A stretch of 64,000 nt of DNA from an uncultured Candidatus Saccharibacteria bacterium. Its GTDB lineage: Bacteria > Patescibacteriota > Minisyncoccia > Phycocordibacterales > JAACPR01. Made by a program: the position numbers and the translations under genes. The notes under the pieces are model-generated. The model was not told the DNA's origin. It saw nothing but the letters and a program-made list of their open reading frames with translations, and ran no database searches. The stretch lies in the NCBI GenBank assembly GCA_964507955.1, contig CAZDRR010000001.1:66650-130649 (forward strand), in the 5' to 3' direction. Positions 38,726-47,910 of the stretch are shown here, piece by piece (position 1 is the stretch's first letter; every line of letters starts with the position of its first letter).

Positions 38726-39069
38726 TCATTTTTGATATACATTGGAAGGAAAACTCTTACAGCCTTTTTTTGAGCCTCTTCAATTGGAATTGATTCGTTT
38801 TCAAAACGCCCGTCCATTTCATGAAGAACATAAAGGGTAGCTTTTGATTCGTTAGCGATTTTTTGGAGTTCTGCCGCTGAAAAAGTCAAGTCCAAATCCC
38901 CAAACCAACACTTCCCGAAATCTCCATTCAAATCCGCGAAAACATTCGCGTTAAAAACAACAACATTTTCAGGAAATTGTCTGCGATATTCCGACTTCGA
39001 CCACCATACTAGGCGTCCTTCGGGAAGATCGTGGGCGGGGAATAATGATGTTAATTGTAATGAGTTCAT
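38719..39069 (-). CDS. hypothetical protein
   Basis: A 116 aa ORF. Confidence 0.3.
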   Translation of the reverse strand: MNSLQLTSLFPAHDLPEGRLVWWSKSEYRRQFPENVVVFNANVFADLNGDFGKCWFGDLDLTFSAAELQKIANESKATLYVLHEMDGRFENESIPIEEAQKKAVRVFLPMYIKNDQ

Positions 39070-39070
39070 A

Positions 39071-39352
39071 TTATTTTGTGATTGAACACCAAATTTTTAA
39101 TGGTTCAGGACCCTCATAGGGATAAATAGTAGGAGGATTCCAAGGTGTAAGAGGAATAAAGTCGTCTTTTTTTGGAGGTCGCGAAGAACCGTTTCTCCAA
39201 ATAGTCTCAGGCTTAGGCTTAAATTTTTTGATTGTTGCTGCCAATTGATTCGCTAGAATCTCGGCTTCGGCAAGAGAGAGAACGATGGTTTGTTCCCCAA
39301 TTGTAATTGTAATTTGGGGATCGGGAGATTCGACTGTAATTGTATTGCTCAT
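39071..39352 (-). CDS. hypothetical protein
   Basis: A 93 aa ORF. Confidence 0.3.
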   Translation of the reverse strand: MSNTITVESPDPQITITIGEQTIVLSLAEAEILANQLAATIKKFKPKPETIWRNGSSRPPKKDDFIPLTPWNPPTIYPYEGPEPLKIWCSITK

Positions 39353-39397
39353 GGAGGAATAATAATAGGATTTAAGAATTTGTCAAGGGTAAATTTC

Positions 39398-39781
39398 TCA
39401 AGGATCGAGCATGTGTCTGATTTTTTTTATTCCATGCAAACTTGGAAATACGGCGGAATTAAAGGTTCTGCTGCTTACTCCGTCAATTTCAAATCCCGCT
39501 CTTTTATAATTCCAACAGATTATCCCCTTTACAAGAAAATGTTTTGATCCTTTTTTATAACCCTCAATTTCGTCTCCCTCATATAGTTCTTCGTTATTGG
39601 AATCTTTAATTCCTGTAGATCGAAAAACAATAAAAGATTCGGGATGCAATAAAAAATAACCAATACCTCTCCACCCACCATCAAAAAAGAAATCTATGCC
39701 TGTCGCCACAGGTGAACGGGTTTCTAAAAAACCTTGATTGCCATCATCGTCGGGAACTTTCGCATAAACTTTGAATTTCAT
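39398..39781 (-). CDS. hypothetical protein (possible divergent YopX-like)
   Basis: A 127 aa ORF containing EELYEGDEIEGY. Confidence 0.25.
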   Translation of the reverse strand: MKFKVYAKVPDDDGNQGFLETRSPVATGIDFFFDGGWRGIGYFLLHPESFIVFRSTGIKDSNNEELYEGDEIEGYKKGSKHFLVKGIICWNYKRAGFEIDGVSSRTFNSAVFPSLHGIKKIRHMLDP

Positions 39782-39785
39782 AATT

Positions 39786-40304
39786 TTAGTTTTTATTAAT
39801 TATTGTTTTATTGACAGAAAACCAATCAGGGACTTCTCTTTTTGTCCATTTACAGAATGGGGCTTTATCGAACAAATAATACAAACGATATTTTTCAACA
39901 GTTGAAACTTTGTCAAATTCTGGATGTTGGCGGCAAGTTTGTGTGGGCGAAATGGCTATAGCAAAATCAGTCAATTGATCGGAATCAAAATTTAGTCGAT
40001 GCTTGTTCTGTTTAATCCACGAAATAATTTCAGAGGTTTTGTGGATTTTGCCATAGCGAAAAGTATATTCTTTTGCCAAGGCATCAGAGTGATCGACAAG
40101 CCATTCAAAATTGCCGCGAGTTTTGCGGGTCCAGATTGAGGAAGGGTGGTTTTCATGTGTTTTACGATATGGAGCATCAATTCCTTGTAAATGAAAAGCC
40201 GTGCAGAGTAATTGAGCAGACTCCAAGATAAGCTTGCAACAATGCTTGTCGCAATGATATTGCGCAGCAATAACTGGATTTTCATCTAAACAAAATATAT
40301 TCAT
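39786..40304 (-). CDS. putative pyrimidine-dimer DNA glycosylase (T4 DenV-like)
   Basis: The N-terminus MNIFCLDENPVIAAQYHCDKHCCKLILESAQLL parallels the DenV N-terminal catalytic region. Confidence 0.3.
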   Translation of the reverse strand: MNIFCLDENPVIAAQYHCDKHCCKLILESAQLLCTAFHLQGIDAPYRKTHENHPSSIWTRKTRGNFEWLVDHSDALAKEYTFRYGKIHKTSEIISWIKQNKHRLNFDSDQLTDFAIAISPTQTCRQHPEFDKVSTVEKYRLYYLFDKAPFCKWTKREVPDWFSVNKTIINKN

Positions 40305-40334
40305 AATGTAACAATCACGTTTTTTAGTGTAATA

Positions 40335-40865
40335 ATGTTTATGGAAACTAAATTCTATTGTAATACCTGTCGAGACGAATTAACTATAGAAAATTGTTAT
40401 TGCTCCAGCGATAAAAAATATCGGAATAGACAAGGATTTTTGCATAAATGTAAATCATGTCAAGACAAATATCGAAAACAGTATATGCAATCTGATGAAG
40501 CAAAAGCAAATCATCGTTTATCTGAGGCCAAAAGAAGACTGTCTAACCGTGCAGCATATTTATGGTTAAATGCGAAAAGAAGAGCAGAAGCAAAAGGATT
40601 AGATTTTGACATAGAGATTTCTGATATTATCATCCCCGAAATATGTCCAGTTTTAGGAATACCGATGATTGGGTCTTCTGGAGAATATGCAAGAGAAGAT
40701 TATAATCCAAAACAACTTTCTTCGCCATCTATTGATCGTATAGATTCTTCCAAGGGTTATATTAAAGGAAATATTGCAATCATTTCTAATCGAGCTAATG
40801 CGCTCAAAAGCAATGCTTCGTTAGAAGAAATTAAAAAGCTTTATGAATGGATGTTAAAGCTATAA
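40335..40865 (+). CDS. HNH-family homing-endonuclease-like protein with N-terminal zinc ribbon
   Basis: CNTCRDE...CKSCQDK, and SIDRIDSSKGYIKGNIAIISNRANALKSN. Confidence 0.4.
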   Translation: MFMETKFYCNTCRDELTIENCYCSSDKKYRNRQGFLHKCKSCQDKYRKQYMQSDEAKANHRLSEAKRRLSNRAAYLWLNAKRRAEAKGLDFDIEISDIIIPEICPVLGIPMIGSSGEYAREDYNPKQLSSPSIDRIDSSKGYIKGNIAIISNRANALKSNASLEEIKKLYEWMLKL

Positions 40866-40872
40866 TATTTTT

Positions 40873-41163
40873 TCATTCAATAGGCTCAACTTTGAAGGTT
40901 TTAATGGATTCGTTAATGATATCCGCCCAATTATTATGTTCTGCTACGATAGATTGAGCAGATGGAGAATTTTCTTTCATCCAGCGCATTGCTACCACTA
41001 AATGCTGCACTTGCGAAAATTGCAAGAGATTTCGAAAAATTTCATCTCTAACAAAAGAAATATGTAATTTTGGAAGATCCGTAGGAGAAATATTTTTATC
41101 CTCTTCGTCATCCCGATAATATTTTTCGGGGATATCCAACTCCATAGACAACTTCACTTTCAT
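40873..41163 (-). CDS. hypothetical protein
   Basis: A 96 aa ORF. Confidence 0.3.
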   Translation of the reverse strand: MKVKLSMELDIPEKYYRDDEEDKNISPTDLPKLHISFVRDEIFRNLLQFSQVQHLVVAMRWMKENSPSAQSIVAEHNNWADIINESIKTFKVEPIE

Positions 41164-41200
41164 ACCTCAAAGATAGCAAAAATTTACCCCAAGTCAAGAA

Positions 41201-41416
41201 TTAATATGGGAAAGGATGAGTTTTATTAGCCAAAATATCCATCGCCAAATCTTTTATTTCCTGAGAATAGCTATCTTCCATATCGCTTCCTCCCTTATAT
41301 TCTTCGGGACAATTATCTCTACCCCACATATCATATTCATAGTCTGTAACAACAGAAGTATGTTTGCAATAATACAAATATTGATGTGCGCGAATGTATT
41401 TTAATTCAACAGTCAT
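41201..41416 (-). CDS. hypothetical protein
   Basis: A 71 aa ORF. Confidence 0.25.
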   Translation of the reverse strand: MTVELKYIRAHQYLYYCKHTSVVTDYEYDMWGRDNCPEEYKGGSDMEDSYSQEIKDLAMDILANKTHPFPY

Positions 41417-41805
41417 CAGATTCTCCAGACAAAGACTTTTAATCCTTTTTTTGTAGCGTAATCAATCATGTCCTTAGTCCCATGACTCGATCCATTCCAT
41501 ATAGCAATTAAAGCCTCTGCATAATCTCCCATTTCGTGATTTCTGCGCAATCCAGCAAGGGCATCATATTTTTTACCGTAAGAGTTTTTTCTGATTATAG
41601 AGTCAGGATGCGACAAATCATTCCATTTGGCAGGAAATTCCTTAATAGGAATGTCGTTTTCTTGGGCATAGCGTTCTCCATATGTATCAGCGCCTCTAGC
41701 CTTTCCAGAGACGATTTCAGTAGGAGTCCACCCACAAGCCGCAATAGCGTTTAATACGTCAATATATGTAACACCATTGCGACTTCCAGCGATTATCGTG
41801 ATCAT
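41416..41805 (-). CDS. SLOG-family protein (DUF2493-like)
   Basis: IIAGSRNG...SGKARGADTYGERYA...GSSHGTKDMIDYATKKG. Confidence 0.45.
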   Translation of the reverse strand: MITIIAGSRNGVTYIDVLNAIAACGWTPTEIVSGKARGADTYGERYAQENDIPIKEFPAKWNDLSHPDSIIRKNSYGKKYDALAGLRRNHEMGDYAEALIAIWNGSSHGTKDMIDYATKKGLKVFVWRI

Positions 41806-42026
41806 TGCAAGAAAAAAGCAAAAGCAGATTTAATGATAGAAAGATTGACTTCCTGACAAATCATCCACTTCAACCACGCAAGCGGAGCAAAGAAAAAGTC
41901 TATAATCGACCAAAAAACTGAATCATGAATTTTATGGCCAATCAATGCTGTTGCCAATGCGCAAAGGAAATAAATAAATTGTCCAATGCTGTAATTATAC
42001 GTTACGTTTACTGTTTGTTTTTCCAT
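41802..42026 (-). CDS. small membrane protein
   Basis: A 74 aa hydrophobic ORF. Confidence 0.3.
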   Translation of the reverse strand: MEKQTVNVTYNYSIGQFIYFLCALATALIGHKIHDSVFWSIIDFFFAPLAWLKWMICQEVNLSIIKSAFAFFLQ

Positions 42027-42027
42027 A

Positions 42028-42417
42028 TTATTGTTTTTCTAAAAGTTCAGGATTTTCAAAGATATTGCCGATAATTTGCGCCCTGTCGTAAACGCATTCA
42101 TTTAATGGTTGATAACAATCGTCATACCCTAATACATAATGGTCGTTGATACACCATTGGTAATCTTGCCATTCGATAGAATAAAGATACGGGGAACCCT
42201 TTAATTTTATAATATCTCCTTCGTAAATTTCTTTGCCCCAAAAATCATCTATGCCCGTATATTGCTGAATTACAAATCTGTCTTCTCCAGCAATTTTCTT
42301 TACATCCGAATTTAAAACAATAGACAGAATGCCATTATTTTTCTCTAAATGATGAACATTCGGGGAATTAAATTGTTTCAACTCCTTGTCCCAAACTCTG
42401 AATTTAAATTCTCTCAT
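42028..42417 (-). CDS. YopX-family protein (paralogue 2)
   Basis: KFRVWDK...VIQQYTGIDDFWGKEIYEGDI...GNIFENPELLEKQ. Confidence 0.55.
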   Translation of the reverse strand: MREFKFRVWDKELKQFNSPNVHHLEKNNGILSIVLNSDVKKIAGEDRFVIQQYTGIDDFWGKEIYEGDIIKLKGSPYLYSIEWQDYQWCINDHYVLGYDDCYQPLNECVYDRAQIIGNIFENPELLEKQ

Positions 42418-42722
42418 TAGTATAGATTTTCTGAATACAAATAACCTTTTTGTCCTTCATAGCAAAGACGGAAAATTTGTCCTTGGGCCACAGCTATATC
42501 CCATGCCTGTTCTCTTGTCAAGAAATCTCCGAATTGATCAATAAAACCTTGCTCCCATCTAAAGGTGGGTTCCTTCATTATGTCGGGTCTTTGTGAGTGC
42601 ATTACTTTATCCCAATGCCTTGCTCCGCAAATAATTCTTCCGTTATCTTTATTGCGATTGGCCGCGCAAACAACTCTTTGAGCGGGTTTGTCAATATTAT
42701 TTTCTGTCCAATAATCTGACAT
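42417..42722 (-). CDS. hypothetical protein
   Basis: A 101 aa ORF. Confidence 0.3.
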   Translation of the reverse strand: MSDYWTENNIDKPAQRVVCAANRNKDNGRIICGARHWDKVMHSQRPDIMKEPTFRWEQGFIDQFGDFLTREQAWDIAVAQGQIFRLCYEGQKGYLYSENLY

Positions 42723-42726
42723 TATT

Positions 42727-42951
42727 TTATTTGATTAGCCCCATTACTGTGCATCGAACCAATCGTTGTTGAAACTCTTTATAAGAAATAGGGGTATCCA
42801 TTGTTACCCCATCGTTATCCCTCCATCCATCAGGATCAAGGACAGTGACCGCTTCATCCTTCAACCACTCATGAGCGGATTTCTTGGCAAAAATACGATC
42901 ATGGTTTTTTCGACCCTGTTCGGAATAAGATTTTGATTTAATTTCGTCCAT
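42727..42951 (-). CDS. hypothetical protein
   Basis: A 74 aa ORF. Confidence 0.25.
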   Translation of the reverse strand: MDEIKSKSYSEQGRKNHDRIFAKKSAHEWLKDEAVTVLDPDGWRDNDGVTMDTPISYKEFQQRLVRCTVMGLIK

Positions 42952-42952
42952 A

Positions 42953-43171
42953 TCAAGCTTGGGTATCAGAAATAAGAAAGATCAAATAATCCTTTACTCT
43001 TGAAATAAAATCGGGGCGAGCTTTGCTGGTTAAAAATTCTCTAGCCACAACAGCACTGGTATTTTTCAATCCCAATTCTTTCTCAAGTTCAGAAATAATA
43101 TCTTCCTGTTCCGCAATTAAATTTTGAATTCGGGTTCTCGCCAAATCTAATTTCTCAGATAATTGTTTCAT
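42953..43171 (-). CDS. hypothetical protein
   Basis: A 72 aa ORF. Confidence 0.25.
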   Translation of the reverse strand: MKQLSEKLDLARTRIQNLIAEQEDIISELEKELGLKNTSAVVAREFLTSKARPDFISRVKDYLIFLISDTQA

Positions 43172-43216
43172 GTAAGTATGCCTACGGGGGATTTCTCCCC
43201 CGCAGGTTATGGGTTA

Positions 43217-44242
43217 TTATAGATGAATGATTTTGTTCTTGGTTTTTGGATCAACCGCCCACTTGTATTTCAAAGCAGCAACCGAAGTCAAAACATTAAT
43301 CTCACTTGGATACTTGGGCGAGAAAATATTTCTCACTTGTTTAACTGTGACGGTTTTGCATCCAGCCTTACGCTTTTTCTTCAAATAAGCGTCAATTCGC
43401 GATTCAAAAGCGGACAACTGTTTCACAGCTTTTTCGTTGCGTTTGAAGTTCTTTGTAGAACCCTTGAGGGGCTTGCCAGTAGCATTGGTAGCAACGCAAT
43501 TGACCTCTTGAGAGATTTCTTCAAGGACTTTATATGCGCAGCAACGAAGCTTACGACAATCGGAAGAAGGAACGCTGACCACATCTTTTGGATTGATTTT
43601 TACAGAGACAATCTTGCCTGCCGACCATCCTTTAGCGTAATCAAAGCTGCCAGCATGGACTCCAAACGAGCAATCGTTATTGCGATTGTCATCAACACAG
43701 TTGCGCTCGACTTCAATTTCTTCTCCAACGCCATTATAAATTTGGCCTTGAGCATTAACCTTGCCTTTTAAAACTTTTGTATTGAGATTTCCATGTTTAC
43801 TCCAGCCATTGGCTTGCAATCCACGGAAAGCAATGAAACATCCATCTTCCGTAATCGGAAGTTGCTTGTAAGACAAGAAATCATAAAGTTCCGCTACAGA
43901 AGAAGCAGAGGGATTCTGCTTGAGGTTTCTCCAGAAATTTAGGAACATGGAAATAGGCAGACCATTTTTCTTCAATTCCAAAATTGTCTTCGCCAAAGAT
44001 GCATGGACTTCCTCGCCGTCAATTTGAACCGAATTGTTCAAAAAGGTAAAGCCAAGCTTCTTTTCTTTTTCGATTTCCTTGGTATCTGCCGCCAGCAAAT
44101 CAAGAATTGCTTGTTCTTGCTTGTTTTCGGGCAAATTGAAAATCTGTTTGATTCGGGCAAATTCGACGGAATCATTGTCGAAATTATAATTCGCGCCATT
44201 AATGTAAAATGTTGCGCCTTTGTTTGTGAAGATGTATTTCAT
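43217..44242 (-). CDS. rIIB: rIIB-like protein
   Basis: A 341 aa ORF immediately downstream of the rIIA-like gene on the same strand. This is the size and position expected for rIIB. The call rests on synteny; no direct motif evidence. Confidence 0.4.
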   Translation of the reverse strand: MKYIFTNKGATFYINGANYNFDNDSVEFARIKQIFNLPENKQEQAILDLLAADTKEIEKEKKLGFTFLNNSVQIDGEEVHASLAKTILELKKNGLPISMFLNFWRNLKQNPSASSVAELYDFLSYKQLPITEDGCFIAFRGLQANGWSKHGNLNTKVLKGKVNAQGQIYNGVGEEIEVERNCVDDNRNNDCSFGVHAGSFDYAKGWSAGKIVSVKINPKDVVSVPSSDCRKLRCCAYKVLEEISQEVNCVATNATGKPLKGSTKNFKRNEKAVKQLSAFESRIDAYLKKKRKAGCKTVTVKQVRNIFSPKYPSEINVLTSVAALKYKWAVDPKTKNKIIHL

Positions 44243-44272
44243 ACCGATACTTTAATTGGTTTTGTGATTATG

Positions 44273-44482
44273 TCAACTATTAATTAGATTGATGGCATGT
44301 TTTTGTCCATCCAGAAAACCTTTTTGCCAAGAGACGAAACATTCGTAACCGTCTTTTCGCAATCCATCCGCAGCAATCCAATTCGTCCATGCTCTTTGGA
44401 TATATTCGTCGGGATGTATGGTAAAATTCACTTGTCCCAACAAATATCCATTTCTGTAATACTCTGATTTTGTTGTTTTCAT
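44273..44482 (-). CDS. small hypothetical protein
   Basis: A 69 aa ORF. Confidence 0.25.
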   Translation of the reverse strand: MKTTKSEYYRNGYLLGQVNFTIHPDEYIQRAWTNWIAADGLRKDGYECFVSWQKGFLDGQKHAINLINS

Positions 44483-46443
44483 TGTTTTAGTTTGAGTAGT
44501 TGTCTGATATCTTCTCTTTTCATTTCTGTATTTACATAATAACTTCTTTCGCAGGTATATTTTAATGCATTCAAAGTTTTCCCTCTCAAAGAATGTTCCC
44601 GAGTCAAATCTTCAATTTTCTTCAAAAGACGGAAAGCGTTTTCTTTGTTTTTGGCAATTCGCTTTGTCTTATCAGAAAAACCGAAACAATTGAATTTAAT
44701 GATTCTCAAAACATTCTCTTTTTTGTTTTGGATTTCTTCTTGTGCGAGGAAAGACGAGCGCAATTTCTGATATTCATCAGAATTAGCTTCAATTAACCCA
44801 TATTCCTTTACGCAAATCGTCATAAATGCCGTTGATTGAACAACATAAGAACCAGATCGTGTCGAACAATTGTAAATAGTGAATTTTTTAAAAGTCCGTT
44901 CATCCAAATTTTTCTTAGTTTCTTCGATCCATTTTTTAAGTTTGTCTGGATCGTTTTCCACAGGCAAGGACATAGATCCCCTAATTTTGTTAATTAGTTC
45001 TTCTGGAGTCATCATGCCGACTTTAACTCCATTTTTGTAAACGGCAGCGGCAGTTTTAATTTTTGTTTTTTGAGGAAACTTGTATTGTTTCGCAAGAACC
45101 ACATTAAAAAGTTGATGAAGCATCGGATCATCCTTAATTGTATAAGGATAGAAATCATGCATCCACAATAAAGATTTGCCTGTTTCTTCCGCATATAAAC
45201 GAACTTTGGTTTTCCAATAATTCGATGCCGAATTGTCAGGGATAATGATCAAAGTATATTTGCCGTTAGCATCTTTTTCCAACGTGGAAATATCAGAAGA
45301 CTCTTTTGCTTTCACAGCAAAGGAATTCCTCATTACCTGCACCATATCTCCAAGGAATGCAGAACATGGCACCAAATACCACTCACCAACAAAATCATTG
45401 AATCTACGAAACATTCCCGTAAGAGCCGCAGCATTCTTGAACATTTCGTTGATTTGTTCCGAGAAATAGTCGGACAAAGGTTTTTCTTTTGCCTTAGTCA
45501 AGTCTTTCACATACAAATCATAAAGAATAGACTTTACTTTAACCAGCATTTCTTGATTGGACGCTGTTTGCTGGAATGTTTCCCGAGAAAGAGCGACAGA
45601 CATGCTTCCAATAGGCAAATCAACAACAATAATGCCTCTAGCACAATCTTTAGAATCTTTTTCGGCAGAATAAATAACTCCACCCATTTGAATATAAACA
45701 CGGTTATTCCAATGAGTATTGTTTTCGTGCGTTTCAATTTTGCGAATGGTGATGCCGTCCACTACAGTTTTCAATAAGGTTTTTGCAGGACGGAAAGTTC
45801 TGTTCGGAACATGCGCAACGATATTTTTTGGCGAAAAATACACAAATTTGTGAATAGTCGATTGAAAGATTTCAAGATCGCGATCCTTGACGGGAATTCT
45901 GATTTCCAATCCCGTTTCTGTAGTTGGTTCGGAATCAATACGATAAATATAACCAACGGAATGACCTTCTTCGTTTCCTCCCAAAGCACAGGAATAAACC
46001 GTTTTTTCTCCTTCAAAATAAGAGACAACAGTAAAAGATTCCGCATAACAATGTCCTGCCTTGCTACCAATACCAAAACATCCAGCCATTTTATTAGACT
46101 TGAGTTTCGTAGATTCGCCATACATGCCGAAAATATTGCGAACATTATCTTCGCTCAAGCCTTTGGCGAAATCGCGAACAACAAATTCGCAGTTATTTGT
46201 TCCAACTTGCAAATGTAATTCCACAGGTTTATTGACATTAAACCGAGCGTGTTCGTCCAAAGCATTAGTGGCGTATTCTCGCACAACAGCAAGAACTTTA
46301 TCTTTATATACTGTATCGCGCAAGTGTTCTGCGAGTTGCAAGGCTGCGCTTGCAGTCATGGACATAACGGACGCATTAGGGTCCAATCCATTAGAGGTAA
46401 TCAAAGGGGAAGCGTGTGTCGCAAGTTTCATATTAGGAAGCAT
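44479..46443 (-). CDS. rIIA: rIIA-like protein (N-terminal GHKL/Bergerat ATPase fold)
   Basis: LAVVREYATNALDEH, VVRDFAKGLS and GCFGIGSKAGHCYAESFTVVSY match the T4 rIIA N-terminal region (RAVVRELITNMIDAH, VCRDFGPGMS, GGFGLGSKSPF...FSITSY). Confidence 0.65.
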   Translation of the reverse strand: MLPNMKLATHASPLITSNGLDPNASVMSMTASAALQLAEHLRDTVYKDKVLAVVREYATNALDEHARFNVNKPVELHLQVGTNNCEFVVRDFAKGLSEDNVRNIFGMYGESTKLKSNKMAGCFGIGSKAGHCYAESFTVVSYFEGEKTVYSCALGGNEEGHSVGYIYRIDSEPTTETGLEIRIPVKDRDLEIFQSTIHKFVYFSPKNIVAHVPNRTFRPAKTLLKTVVDGITIRKIETHENNTHWNNRVYIQMGGVIYSAEKDSKDCARGIIVVDLPIGSMSVALSRETFQQTASNQEMLVKVKSILYDLYVKDLTKAKEKPLSDYFSEQINEMFKNAAALTGMFRRFNDFVGEWYLVPCSAFLGDMVQVMRNSFAVKAKESSDISTLEKDANGKYTLIIIPDNSASNYWKTKVRLYAEETGKSLLWMHDFYPYTIKDDPMLHQLFNVVLAKQYKFPQKTKIKTAAAVYKNGVKVGMMTPEELINKIRGSMSLPVENDPDKLKKWIEETKKNLDERTFKKFTIYNCSTRSGSYVVQSTAFMTICVKEYGLIEANSDEYQKLRSSFLAQEEIQNKKENVLRIIKFNCFGFSDKTKRIAKNKENAFRLLKKIEDLTREHSLRGKTLNALKYTCERSYYVNTEMKREDIRQLLKLKQ

Positions 46444-46497
46444 ACACGGTTTGCCCGTGTTGTCAATTTTTTATGCAAAAAACTTTATTACAAAAAA

Positions 46498-46827
46498 TTA
46501 ATCTAAATTATAATCAACATCCGCACTTGGAGTTCCATCAATGCGGAAGATATTACCTTCATCGTCAAAGTAATACAATTTATCAAACCACTTGAAATTC
46601 AAATTAATCTGCTTCACTTCCTTGCAAATTTCTTCTCCAGAAAAAGGAGAATAGAAATATTTTTTCCCGTCTTTCTTGATTGTTCCATCGGGGAAAAGCA
46701 AGTCTTTTTCAGCAAAATAACAGTCTTTCAAGTGGTTGTTCTGCCATACTTCAATATAAGCGAATTCATTGTCGAAATCGTGTCTTTTCGTTTCGTGGAT
46801 TATGGTTTTTTGGACTATTGTTCTCAC
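46498..46827 (-). CDS. hypothetical protein
   Basis: A 109 aa ORF. Confidence 0.3.
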   Translation of the reverse strand: MRTIVQKTIIHETKRHDFDNEFAYIEVWQNNHLKDCYFAEKDLLFPDGTIKKDGKKYFYSPFSGEEICKEVKQINLNFKWFDKLYYFDDEGNIFRIDGTPSADVDYNLD

Positions 46828-46867
46828 TACTTTATTTTACACGATTCTGAAAAAAATTCAACTAAAA

Positions 46868-47056
46868 TCATTGTTTGGGCCAAACCAACTCCCTGCTGTC
46901 GTCTTCATACACAGCAAAAACTTTGCCGTTATGAGACTTGGCATTGATAATCGCTTGACTCAAAGCATCTGGTTGATTGGGCAAATTAAGCGAAGTGCTA
47001 TAAGAACCCCTCCACTTTTCCTTGTCAGACATTACTTCGTATAGGGTGACTTTCAT
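46868..47056 (-). CDS. hypothetical protein
   Basis: A 62 aa ORF. Confidence 0.25.
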   Translation of the reverse strand: MKVTLYEVMSDKEKWRGSYSTSLNLPNQPDALSQAIINAKSHNGKVFAVYEDDSRELVWPKQ

Positions 47057-47301
47057 TGTTTTGATTTTTGAGATACCGCAAGCAAAACTTCATGAATTTG
47101 TTTGCGTGTTTCGTGATCAAGAATCCGTCCATTGCTATCCGCAGGAGCGGATTGAATGACTTCATCTTCTTCCAGACCAAGGACCAGAGACATACACTTG
47201 AGCTTTCTTAAAATTCCAATTTCTTGATATTTCAAGATTGCCCAAAGTGTATCAATCTCTACCTCGTCAGCATCGGCAATTGTTTCAAGTAACGTTTTCA
47301 T
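47053..47301 (-). CDS. hypothetical protein
   Basis: An 82 aa ORF. Confidence 0.25.
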   Translation of the reverse strand: MKTLLETIADADEVEIDTLWAILKYQEIGILRKLKCMSLVLGLEEDEVIQSAPADSNGRILDHETRKQIHEVLLAVSQKSKQ

Positions 47302-47525
47302 TCGCTCAACGTCATTTCAACAACAGGCTTATCAACGGCAGGAGTTTCAGCGGGAGCATCAGCAACCACTGTTGGAACAGCGCCATTTTGTTTTGCCAGC
47401 CAAACTCGCCCTACAGGAACAACTGTATTAGGAGAAAATTTGGAGGCCAATTCTTCAACTGTCATGTTTATGAAACTAACGGCACCAGTTGGGCGTCCGC
47501 GAGTTTTTGTATTTGTAGTATTCAT
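47298..47525 (-). CDS. hypothetical protein
   Basis: A 75 aa ORF. Confidence 0.25.
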   Translation of the reverse strand: MNTTNTKTRGRPTGAVSFINMTVEELASKFSPNTVVPVGRVWLAKQNGAVPTVVADAPAETPAVDKPVVEMTLSE

Positions 47526-47561
47526 GTTTTTATGATACGGGTTTTAATAGAAATGTCAAGA

Positions 47562-47897
47562 TTAATTTTTCAGAATATTTAAGGCACTTTCGGGCCATTT
47601 TGTATCACTGTTCCAATTGTCCGAATCCTTTTGATAAATCCAACACGCGATAACCTCTCCATCAATTTCAATCTCTGGAGTAGCCCAAGTAGAGGATAAG
47701 AAGGTATAATCATCCAAACATGGTTGTCCATCTTTGTAAATATCCCCTCCAGTCCATTCCCAATCGCTACGCAATCCCGCAGAAGCTTTTTGAGGATTAC
47801 GTTCTTTGATTAGTTTCGCCGCAGTATTCCAATCAAATACCATCAGGGGCTTATTTCTGTTCGCTTCCCCCATTGCGAATGCTTGCATACTGTCCAT
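47562..47897 (-). CDS. hypothetical protein
   Basis: A 111 aa ORF. Confidence 0.3.
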   Translation of the reverse strand: MDSMQAFAMGEANRNKPLMVFDWNTAAKLIKERNPQKASAGLRSDWEWTGGDIYKDGQPCLDDYTFLSSTWATPEIEIDGEVIACWIYQKDSDNWNSDTKWPESALNILKN

Positions 47898-47910
47898 TTT
47901 TTTTTTTTTT

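Noticed and set aside
45012-46506. Several 60-146 aa + strand ORFs (e.g. 45454..45777, 45811..46218, 46061..46501)
   Set aside because: They are antisense within the rIIA-like gene (44479..46443), whose translation has clear family motifs.
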